From the NCBI GenBank assembly GCA_965649825.1, contig OZ287694.1, forward strand, positions 2,150,540-2,214,539: a stretch of 64,000 nt of DNA. The letters run 5' to 3'. The DNA comes from Penicillus capitatus (Eukaryota > Plantae > Chlorophyta). Below the pieces are notes generated by a model that saw nothing but the letters and a program-made list of their open reading frames with translations, had not been told where the DNA came from and did no database searches. This document shows positions 1 to 9,843 of this stretch, in pieces; position 1 is the first letter of the stretch; each line of letters opens with the position of its first letter. The position numbers and the translations under genes are program-made.

Positions 1-35
1 CACGTTAAACAGTGTTCGCGTCCTCCCCCGATCCG

Positions 36-788
36 TCACGCTAATTCGGACGCCTCTCTCTCCTCCTCCGCCCTCTCCGCCTCCAGCTGTTCCTGAATCC
101 TCTTCTTCACCGCCGCTCGACGTGCGCGCTGCTTCGCCTCGTACTCTTCGACGAGAGACTTCGGATTCGGTTTGGGAAGCGGCTCTGCGAGACCGGCCTG
201 CACGAGCAAACGGCGGCGGGCACGGGACAGACGCGATTTGCGCCGCGCGCCGGTGTTGCGGTGCAGCGTGCCTTTCTGCACGGCCTTGTCGATGGCCTTG
301 AAGGCGTCGCTCATGAGAGGCTTGACATGGTCGAGCTCGGACTCGGCTCCGGGGGGTTCCTTGCGAAAGGCGTCGAACTCCTTGAGGACCTGAAAGCGAA
401 GGAGTGAGAAGAGGTGCGAGAACGCGGGAATGCGAATGCCTTCTTCATTCGCTTCTTGACTGTGGTTTTGCGACTTTTGTTCTGGGCCCGACGCTTCTCC
501 GACTGACGGTGACGCTTTTCGGCGCTCTTGGAGCAGCGCGTCGTGGTGGCGAACGCGACAGCGGCAACGGGCCGAAGCTCGGACGACGCTGCACAGACGC
601 ATTTCAGTAGACGCGGACGCCGGCGCACCTGAAGGCGGACGACGTTGAAGGGGCCGGCCGCCGACGCTCTGGACGAACGAGAAACTCGGTCGAGGTGCGG
701 CGGTGGACACGACTGCGGATCGCAGGAGCCGCGGTGTGGACGGGACGAGACAGATGCGTCCCAGAGCACGCGTGATCGCCAGGGCCAT
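36..788 (-). CDS. PRPS20: Plastid ribosomal protein S20 (bS20c), nuclear-encoded with transit peptide; 2 short introns
   Basis: Spliced translation gives KSAEKRHRQSEKRRAQNKSRKTTVKKRMKKAF...AFKAIDKAVQKGTLHRNTGARRKSRL, the S20 signature. The N-terminus is Ser/Arg/Ala-rich like a transit peptide. ATG at 788. Confidence 0.9.
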   Translation of the reverse strand: MALAITRALGRICLVPSTPRLLRSAVVSTAAPRPSFSFVQSVGGRPLQRRPPSGAPASASTEMRLCSVVRASARCRCRVRHHDALLQERRKASPSVGEASGPEQKSQNHSQEANEEGIRIPAFSHLFSLLRFQVLKEFDAFRKEPPGAESELDHVKPLMSDAFKAIDKAVQKGTLHRNTGARRKSRLSRARRRLLVQAGLAEPLPKPNPKSLVEEYEAKQRARRAAVKKRIQEQLEAERAEEEREASELA

Positions 789-858
789 ACCGCAGAGGAG
801 ACGATGATTCAAAAATGCGACGAAGTGACTGTGCTCGTGTACACTTGGTCGTCTCCTC

Positions 859-2290
859 TCAAACGGGTCCCTCGGTGTTCATTCTTGAGATGTACTTGTC
901 GTAGTACTCTGCCGCCTTCTCGAACTCGCCCATGTCGGCGTAGATATCGGCGATGGTGCCGTAGGCGTCGGAATCGCCGACGTGGTCGTCGACCTCGTCC
1001 GAGATCTGCAGGACGCGTTCGAGGTGCTTGATGGCCGTTCGGTACTCGCCCTAGACGCCAGAAGAGTGAGATGTCTGAGTGATGTGACGGATGGGTGACC
1101 AGGAGCCGGGCACAGGCCGCCAGACCGCGCACGGCTCGTCTTTCCTGTGTCCGATCGCGCAGTCCCTTGGCCAGCATGAGCGCCTTCTCGAATCGCACCA
1201 TGGCTGCCGCGGCGTTCTTCTCCTTGAGGAGTTTCTTCCCCGTCTTCAGCGCATCCCTGGAGGCACCCGTGATGGGACTGGACGGCGGGCAAAGACATCC
1301 ACGCACCGGCAGTCGACGTGCTCCTCGGAGAGATCTTCATCGACGCTGCCCGTCAGCGCGGCGGCCGAACGCAGAGGCCGAGTCTCCATCACTGCACAGG
1401 CGCGGTCGCAAAGGCTGTCACATCAAGTACCCCCTCACTTTCGGAAGATGCAGGGGGCGCGGAGCTGGCGGCGTTGCCTGTCGGCGCGTAGGTGAGACCT
1501 GATCTCACACAGACCTGTTCCAGTCGAGGAGCGAGAAGCTAGTTGCGCGACCTGGCGCGTAGACAATGCCAAATCGAGCGTTCTGTCGCAGCGACATGTT
1601 GATCTTGCGCAGTCGTTCGTTGAGCCGTTCGAGTTCCTTTTTTCGGCGCCGAGCCGTGATCCCTGGGATATCATAAATCGCACTTCGACCCTCCGGGCCA
1701 CTCTCGGACGACAGACCTCCGACGAGGGCACCGACCAGCGCCACCAGTTCCGTGATGCCGACGACATCGACTCCAAACGGCGTCGCGCAGAACTTTCCTT
1801 CTTTGGAGTTGGTCACCTGCACGCTCGCCTCTGCAGTTCTCATTCGAACAGCAAAAGAGGGACCTCTTCGTCGAACTCTTTCTCCTTCTGCGCGCGGATC
1901 TCGATCAGTCTCGCCTCCTCTTCTGCCAGCGGCCCCCGTCCACCTCACACAACACGTCCTCCCACGTCACATCAAACGTTTAAAAAAGAGAGGCTCACAC
2001 CTGTCTCCAGGAGAAACGGTCCGGCGTCTGAAGCCTCTTCCTGTGACAGGAATCCAGCCAAGCCCGACACCAATCCCACTCCCACGAGCCTCCTCCGGCG
2101 CCACTGCACACCCTGATGCACGTCACACTCGTTCCCTCTTCAAAGTGGAGCAGCGAGCGACATCGGCCGCCGATGGTGTGGAGCTCAAAGGACGTGCTTT
2201 CGCTGGTCGCAACGCAGGCGACGGCACGACCGTCACTGGCCGCGTGGTCTTCGCCGTAGGCATTGCTCGATCGCCCATCGTGGAGCACGT
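859..2290 (-). CDS. FLU: FLU/FLP (fluorescent in blue light), TPR regulator of tetrapyrrole synthesis; multi-exon, start approximate
   Basis: Exons encode GVDVVGITELVALVGALVGGLS (TM), ARRRKKELERLNERLRKINMSLRQ (coiled coil) and TPRs (VRFEKALMLA...ERRAVRGLAA; DAYGTIADIYADMGEFEKAAEYYDKYI). Stop TGA at 859-861. Confidence 0.85.
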
Positions 2291-2353
2291 GCCTGTCGTA
2301 CGCCGCAGCCGTTTGTGCTCCATCTACTCATCCATCCCTATTCCGTTCTTCTC

Positions 2354-3204
2354 ATGGCACTGGGCGGAGCATTGCGTCCTGGGATTCACAACGGCGCCGT
2401 CAGACACCGTTCGAGTCTCGCCGTTTTGACCCGAATCCTCGAAGCCCTCCGTCTGCGCACTTTCTACTCTCTCTGCCGTTTCGCTGGGCCACTCGTCTCC
2501 TCGCCTCCCCCGGACAGGCGCCGACGCCAAAGGACCGTACGCCTCTCGCGTGCTCTCCAGCAACCGGAAGTGGGCGAGGCGCCGTCGGTGACGGTCGAGA
2601 CGCTCGTGGCCCATCCCGTCGACGTTGTCTCGATACGCCGTCGCATCGACGGCAACGTCGTGCCCTACGTCGACGGGGACGACCTCGAAGTCCTCTCGCC
2701 AAAGCCCCTTCTCGAACGCCTCTGCATTCCGTTCGATGGTTTTCACTTCACGGATCTCGTCAAGGGGGAGACGGAGAATGGAGACGTCATCATTTCGGCG
2801 CACATTCCAACTGTCCGTTTCCTGGAGGGCTCGGGATTGTGTCTGGACGAGATGGGACGTCAGCTGAGTCAGCTTGGACTCGTGGCCATCAGCGCCTGCG
2901 ATCGAAGACGCGGCGACATGTTCTACGTCGCGACGGGGGCCTCGATGGAAGAGTTCCACGCACACGGCACGCCGCCACTTTCATCGACGCTCACGGGTCA
3001 GACGATATCCTCACTCTTCTTGATGTGACAGGCGTGTGCGATGCAGGATGTGTGAGATTGATGCGACTGCAGGCGCACGACGCTCAAGCGGAGATGGAGC
3101 TCTGGAGTCGATCGAACCTCATCTGCCGAATGACGGTCCAGTACGACGTCCTCTCCTCTTGGCAAGAAGTCCTGCCCGCGCTCTCCTCTCTTTCTTCGTC
3201 CTGA
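2354..3204 (+). CDS. Hypothetical protein, probably spliced near 3000-3070
   Basis: Long GC-rich ORF (MALGGALRPG...PFDGFHFTDLVKGE...) with host-like codon use. No family recognised. Confidence 0.4.
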
Positions 3205-3520
3205 TTATCGCTCTCTCACTCTCTTGCACAACCTGCTCACGTACGGACGGATGTCGAGACGAAACCAGAATCTGACACCGCTGAAGTCGCCGCATCTTCT
3301 GACCTGATTTTGCTGAACCTTTTCTCGCCTTGTAAATCGGACGCTCTCGTACAGACGATGGACATTCGTGTTTGCCGGGAGGCAAGGGTGTCAAGTAGAA
3401 ACTCATAGAAACTGAGTACCTAAGATTTCATTCTCATCTTGCAGTCATTCTGTCGTACCTGTCCCATCGCGCCGTACGACCACGACGCCCGTCGCCTTTC
3501 CTTCGGTCCCAGATTCGACG

Positions 3521-4351
3521 ATGTCGTCAGAGGCGCTGCGACGAAAGGCGACGGCCCAATGCGTTCAGCTCATCTTCCGCGTCGTCGAGCGGCAGAGCCT
3601 TCCGCTGCCCGTCGCGGCGACCGGCAGCATACTCTTTCATCGCTTCTACGGGAGCTTCACCTTCGGACAGTACGACCGATTTCACGTCGCCGTCGCCTGC
3701 TGCTGTCTGGCAGCGAAGGTGCGACCGGACGGAGGAACGTCTTCCGCGCGCGGTGACGCTCACCTCTTCAGGTGGGATTCCGCTCCATGAGTCTGCGGGA
3801 CCTGGTCATGAGCTGCCTGGACGAGCGCTACGACAGGGAGCGCAACGCAGAGCGTTTTCAGGAAACGTCGGTCTTGGCCCTCCGACGGAAGATCCACGAC
3901 ATCGAACAGATTCTGCTCCTCGACATCATCCACTTCGACTTCGACGTCTGGCTTCTCACTCTCTTGGTCAGACGATCTCACTCTTCTGTGCTGTGCAGCT
4001 GATTCAGGGCCCGCACTCGGACTTGGCCCAGGTGATGAGTCGGTATTCGGTGGAAGGACCGAAACAGTACCTGCTGCATCAAGTCGCATGGGCGCTGGCA
4101 AACGACAGCGCCTACACCACACTCTCCCTCACACTTTCGCCCATCCAGGTCACTCCTCACCACCCCTCTCACTCCTCGCCCATTCGCGTCTGCAGTTGGC
4201 CAAGGGTCTGTTGGAGCTGGCCGTGGAGTGGTCCGAAGTCGAAGGTGTCGAGCTAGAAGGGCTGTGGGATTCGGAGGACGAGCATCTGTTTGTACAGCGT
4301 CGCGTGAAGTGTGAGATGACGCAGATCTATGTGAACAAGAGTGAGATTTAA
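3521..4351 (+). CDS. Transcriptional-type cyclin (cyclin T/K/L-like), multi-exon
   Basis: Cyclin box: VAATGSILFHRFY...DRFHVAVACCCLAAKVEE, then IEQILLLDIIHFDFDV and QVAWALANDSAYTTLSL. Stop TAA at 4349-4351. The start may lie further upstream. Confidence 0.75.
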
Positions 4352-4790
4352 CAGTATTTCTATTTATGTGGCTGTCTGTCATTCACACCCAACGAAATGT
4401 CTCTGGACAAACTCTCTTCTCACCCCACACGCACGCAGGCGACGAACAAACACACAAACACAGAACCAAATGGACACAAGGCAGAATGCCTTCAGTTCAA
4501 TCTTCAATCTTCGCGGGCGTCAGTTCTTAGGACAGTGAAAGGGAAGATTATTTTGGCTTGTAGCATGCATGATCATTGTTATTACGGCTGTTTCGTTCCA
4601 TTCACTAGAAATCGCCCCTTTCACTCACACACTTTCTCACACATCAAACAACAGGAAAGGACAGTTAGTATATGCACAAACGATTACACCAGGAAAACAT
4701 AGGAAAGGATAACAACAACAATTGACATCGTGAAAGGCTACTCGTACACCAATCCTTGATAAACAGGAGTCAACAAAGGACACTCAAATG

Positions 4791-5987
4791 CTAAAGATCG
4801 TGAGGTAAAACAATGCGTTGATGAAAGGTTTTTGAATTTGTTTGTTCGGGTTCGACCGTTATGCGGTAAGCACTGGTTAATCTCGATTCCTTCACTGCGG
4901 GAAATGCTCCTGTCGCCGGAGACACTGCATTGCCGATGAGATCCTCATATACATTCGGTAGGATAAACGCCTCCGTCTCCGGCATTGATTTATCTTTGCC
5001 CCATCTTCCCAGTCGCTGCGGAAACTCGACACTGGGCGAGGGATGAAACTGCGCACAGGAAGACGATCCATTCTGATTCGCCGCGCTGGTGCGGCAGACA
5101 ACAGGATTCCAGACAGAGGATGAGCGGAACGGTTCGAAGTATGATGGTCGATCGATGGCTGGCAGTTCGGTTGGCGGACGATGGGCGTACTGCGAAACGA
5201 AGTTCTGTGTCAGAGTCGTGAACTGACTGTAGCAGTCTGAATTGCCGCTTCCCCACGTCTTCCACTCCTTCAGGCCGCCCAGAGCATTCTCCTTCTCGCT
5301 CGGCTTATTCTCTGACGGCGGCGGCGGTACATGAAATGACGTCTCTTTCTTCTCGGACGTCAACGAGCTCACTCTTTTCCATGGACGATGCACGGCATCA
5401 TGCTGCGCATTGATCGGATGTGACGGATGGATATAGGCAGCGTCGATGTCCCGGGTCAGACAGGAATCCTTTTCTGAGGTGGGCGACGATGCTCCACACC
5501 ATGTGCCTCGACTGGGACTCGATGCTTCCGACTGCGGGCTTCCAGCTTTTCGAGTGATGACGGGCTTCAGCACAACGGAGGCTCCAGGGGTCACATCAAA
5601 TCGCTCGAAGACAGCATCGACGGGCTGCAGCACCTCGGCAATCATCTTCGCCGCGCGACTGAGCTTCTCGCGCGTCTCGGCGAACACGACGGCGTGGAGG
5701 GAGGGGTCGGTGTAAGAAGGATGCGTGCCGTTTAGGTTTCCCTTGCCGTCGTGGACCTCCACTCGCGCCCCCGAATCCGTCTGAATCTTCTTCAACGTGC
5801 ATCCTCCATGTCCGAGTAACTGTCCAACGAAATTTAGACCGTCTCCCTGCTTCGCTGCCAAATACTCCACGGGGCCGTACGGTGGCCGAGGAAAGTAGAC
5901 ACGAAACGTCAGACGCCTGGCGTTGGCGTGGGAGCAATGACTGAGCCCCAACTGGCGCAATTTCTGCTCGAGTCGATCCTGAGGCAT
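4791..5987 (-). CDS. KH-domain RNA-binding protein (SF1/STAR-type KH) with a long low-complexity C-terminus; intronless
   Basis: GLNFVGQLLGHGGCTLKKIQTDSGARVEV...LHAVVFAETREKLSRAAKMIAEVL matches the SF1/QKI-type KH fold. First ATG at 5987. Confidence 0.75.
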   Translation of the reverse strand: MPQDRLEQKLRQLGLSHCSHANARRLTFRVYFPRPPYGPVEYLAAKQGDGLNFVGQLLGHGGCTLKKIQTDSGARVEVHDGKGNLNGTHPSYTDPSLHAVVFAETREKLSRAAKMIAEVLQPVDAVFERFDVTPGASVVLKPVITRKAGSPQSEASSPSRGTWCGASSPTSEKDSCLTRDIDAAYIHPSHPINAQHDAVHRPWKRVSSLTSEKKETSFHVPPPPSENKPSEKENALGGLKEWKTWGSGNSDCYSQFTTLTQNFVSQYAHRPPTELPAIDRPSYFEPFRSSSVWNPVVCRTSAANQNGSSSCAQFHPSPSVEFPQRLGRWGKDKSMPETEAFILPNVYEDLIGNAVSPATGAFPAVKESRLTSAYRITVEPEQTNSKTFHQRIVLPHDL

Positions 5988-6344
5988 CGTCTGGGGTAGG
6001 GTCTTCCGTTCTTTTAAAGATGAGGTCTCCGGTCTTGGCACCGTTCGTTCGACGTTCGGGAAAAGTTCTCGATGGAAACGTTCAGAATAGTGAAGCGATA
6101 TTCCTGGGGTCAGGATTGTTCTAAATACGCCTCTTCAGGATGCGAACAGCGGCGGGTTCGGCAAAAGCAATAAGCTGATGCAGACACGTGATAAGATACG
6201 TGACACGACGTGCCGAACACGTAGCATTGTCCTTCGCTCGATGACCTCACCTTCACGTACGCTTCGCGCATACGGCTGTATACATTAACAAAACACTCTA
6301 CATTCTGAGCAGCAACGTAAGAGCATGGCGACGCGTGTGACGGG

Positions 6345-8190
6345 ATGGGGCGTGAGGTCCGTCGTTTGCTGCTGCGTGGCGCTGCTGAGGAATGCGACAC
6401 GGCAGACGACCGCCGGAACGGTTTGGAAAGGCAGAGCGCGGCGTGGTTGTGGCGTGAAGGAATGGAGGGTGACGCTGTGCGACGAGCCGCGTCGACGGTA
6501 GCGTCCGACAGCGGCTCCGTTTTACTCTTCGGCGCGACGGGACGCATCGATCGCGCCGAGCTATAAACAGGTCCGTCTGTCTAGCCGGCCTCATGGGACG
6601 AGCGGCTGAGACGACGATTCTGAATTCGGTCGATCTCGTGCCGGACATGTCCTGGACGGGCGCGTCGATCGGTGCATCGACGAGTCGCATCACGCCGGAC
6701 GCAAACGGGATTCGCATGGAGGGGACTCTCGAGCAAGGAGTGAGACATCGATCATGCGAGCGTGCGGCGACGATGCGCCATGCAGGAAAGAGTGAGAGAT
6801 CTGACGCCGAAAGGGACGATTCGGTGGAGAGACAGCTGTTCACTGGATCTCGCAGGAGCAGACGGGCTAACCTTTTCTGTCAGAGGCGACGGACGCTCAC
6901 ACTTCATCACACTGCAAAACGTCAGTCACATCGCTCACTCTTCCCTGTCTCAGTCATTGAATATGTCTCCCCGTGCAGGACGAAACAGGATCGCATGAAC
7001 AGAGTTTCTTTGCAGCTTCCTTCGACACGGTCCCTCCTCTCAGACGTCGCTGTCATCTCATCTATGGATGATGCTTGCTGTCTAGGTGGACGGGCAATGG
7101 ACGGAAGTCAAAGTGCCGCTGCATCAGTTCCGTCTTGTGAAGCAAGGAATTCCGGACGAGACTGCCATCCTCGCGCCCTCCACCACTGCCAGACTCGGAT
7201 GGGTGGGTACCTTCTCTACAAGATGACGATCTCGCCATATCTGTCTTTCTCAGATGAGCAGTACGAAAACGGTCGACGGCTTTCCGAGCAGAAAGAGCCC
7301 CGCCGGGGAGTTCTCCTTCTCAGTTGCCTCCGTTTTGACCTACAGAGCTGCGCGGCCACAGGTGCCCGTCGCTATCACACCAGACATTGATCTTTGAGGG
7401 GACGGTTCTGCTGTTGCAGTTGGTGCACTTGTCGTCGGCTGGCCAAGAGCGCAGTGCGCGCATCGGTGAGAGCATAGATCGACGCAATGAAGAGACAGTG
7501 CCGATCATGCGCCTAAATCCTGGAGGTGTCCTGAACCACAAGTTCGAAGGCAACAGCACCGTGCGCTGCTCCACTCTGCCCTACACCATCGTCTGTCCCA
7601 ATGGTCAGTCAGCACCCTCTGATTGCTATGTGCCGCCTCGAGTGCCTTCGTTACGACCAGGGTTCATCAGCGGAGAACTGGAGACAGGAGATCTGACGCC
7701 AGACCTGCTGGAGTTCTCCCAGGGTACGCCGAGATAATGACAGCGAGGGAGAGATGTGAGGTCGGTGGCGTATAGGGGACACGACTGCTGGCCGTTTGAG
7801 ACTTGTCGAGTTGGCTGAGGTGATCTTGCAGTGCCTTCAGAAACCCGAAGCCGTGTCCAAGACATTCGAAGTGCGTCGTTCGCCCGGGATTGACGCCAAG
7901 AACAAATCCATGACCGACGCCCACTATCTCCGACAATTCCTCACCCTCAGCAATGGTATCGATTCCTGGATCCCCCGCCTTTCTCTGACGGGCGGGTGTG
8001 TGTGGCAGACGAGGACCGACCAAGAGTGGGATTGCCTCCCTATCCGGAACCTGTATCGGTGGACGCTCCAGTGTGGCGCGGCGGCCGCAAAAACGAACGC
8101 CCGGACGAAGCTCTGGTGAACTCGATCTTTCAGGGAGTCGCCACCGCGAATGCTCGACGCAACAAGGAACTTCTACCACAGACAGAATGA
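6345..8190 (+). CDS. NAD(P)-binding Rossmann protein with CIA30 insertion (HCF173/At4g18810-like), multi-exon; start approximate
   Basis: VLLFGATGRI (Rossmann glycine motif); CIA30-like exons DLAGADGLTFSVRGDGRSHFITLQ and GQWTEVKVPLHQF; C-terminal LPYTIVCP...AEVILQCLQKPEAVSKTFEVR...RVGLPPYP. Stop TGA at 8188-8190. Confidence 0.7.
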
Positions 8191-8589
8191 TCGAAAGATT
8201 GAACGAAGACAGACGCGTCACATCTTTTTGCCGTTTCTCATTCTTTCTGGCGACATTGTTTGCTGCAAACCTTAACGGTAGTGTTTGAAGAAGCGAACAA
8301 ATCTTCGAAGATGCAGTCGGTCTGCTAACCAGAGGAACTTCGTTGTTCAGTGTGTAAGAAAGATTCTTTCTTTAGGGTCAGCATCGAAGATCTGATGACC
8401 GATTAGGTCAAGCTTAGCTCCGTTGCGCGATCCAAGAAGCGTAAAAATGCGCAAAAAATAGTATCTTAGATATCTTTTAGATGCGTTTTCTCCGTATCGT
8501 GGCCATTCAGCAATCTTAAAGGTGGCAATCGTCAGCCAGGTTGCGATCAAAACTGATGTGACGTGTCCTTTTTGACACCAAGGTTCTTC

Positions 8590-8975
8590 ATGCATCGCCC
8601 GTCCGACCGCCAACGGGCCCTGTCCTGCTGTTCGGCATGATCCCGAATCCGGTCGAGGGAACGGTGGAGTACGTCGGGAGCGTGTTCGCCAGCGGGAGGC
8701 TCAGGCTTCACGCGCTGTGCTACGACGACCTCTGAGACCTCGACGACAGACTGGAGACCACGCCATGTACCTTCTTCGTCAAGCAGACGGCGAAGCAGCT
8801 CGCACAGATACTGGTGTTTCAGAGGACGGTCGGGAAAGTGAGCGAGCGTCGATGGATGGACGGATGCCTGAGTGTGTCTAGTGCGCAGATCGGGTTGGCG
8901 TCGGGCAGCGTCATCGTTATCCGTCCGACGCCGCCGAATGAGACGGTGAATGCGCCGTGCAAATTTGATTCCTGA
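8590..8975 (+). pseudogene. Truncated paralogue of the UBL-like region of the MATH/UBL/RING gene at 27.9-30.4 kb, with an internal TGA
   Basis: Translation VLLFGMIPNPVEGTVEYVGSVFASGRLRLHALCYDDL*DLDDRL...FFVKQTAKQLAQILVFQRT aligns with AILFCVLLDPAKKKIEYIGSVLVSRESKLCFICYDDICHLDDRL...FFVEDHSKQIREITAFQKT. Both have a 51-nt phase-0 intron at the same place. No upstream exons were found. Confidence 0.6.
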
Positions 8976-9843
8976 ATACGGCAGGCATTTTAAATGATCC
9001 TACGTGTTGATCTCGCATTGGCGCCATTCTTGCTCTGTAATCACAGAACCGAACGGAAAGGTGACTAAAGCATTGTCATTGCAAGTGACAGGTCCTCACG
9101 CAATGGAACGCGTCTTGGGCAACCGACTGCTTACGTGGATGGAGTCGGGCTGAGTTCTCTAACCGAAGTGTCGTTGGAGTGTGGAGTCGATGGCTATGCA
9201 TGATTAACAACAAGCAGCAGAACACGTTCTTCTTCACTCACTTTGGATGCGGAGATGGTTTACTAGAATACTCGGAAACGGTTTCGTACGTCAGATGTTT
9301 CTTGCTAACGCCGACACGATCGATAAGAAAAAAACCGAACGCCTTTGAATAATGGAATCTGTCTGTTCAAACGTATAACCCATGATGAGGCAGGCCAACA
9401 AGCCACCCACTACTTACTTGAGTACAGGGAACGCGAGCTGACAAACATAGGCATTCAATCACCTCAAGACTGGTAAAAGAGGAAACTGGTTAAAATAATT
9501 GTTATGCGAGAGCGCCGCGCCAAACGAACATATAACAGCGGAAGGCTTTACGGCTTACAGAGCAAGGTTGTTTTTCCACAAAATACGCCCTTTTGTGTGT
9601 GAAATGTGACACGACTTCACAGGTCAGGCGAGTCACCCAACGCTCAAAGCCATAGGAAAGTACCCCTGACAAGACGTTGAGTGCCTCTTCAAACATAGAA
9701 CCCCGAGGAAACGAGGCAGCTGATGTGACTTCCACGCGAAAGGTTGACAATAATGAAGCAAGGTTTTGCAAATGACAGATAACACAATATGAAAAACCTC
9801 ATGTCTGAAACGCGTTTGGGTTCGGTAGGTTTATTTCTCTGCG

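Noticed and set aside
9000-9800. AT-rich gap downstream of the NACHT gene with an 89-aa ORF (9502-9771).
   Set aside because: No terminal repeats, RNA structure or protein motif could be supported.
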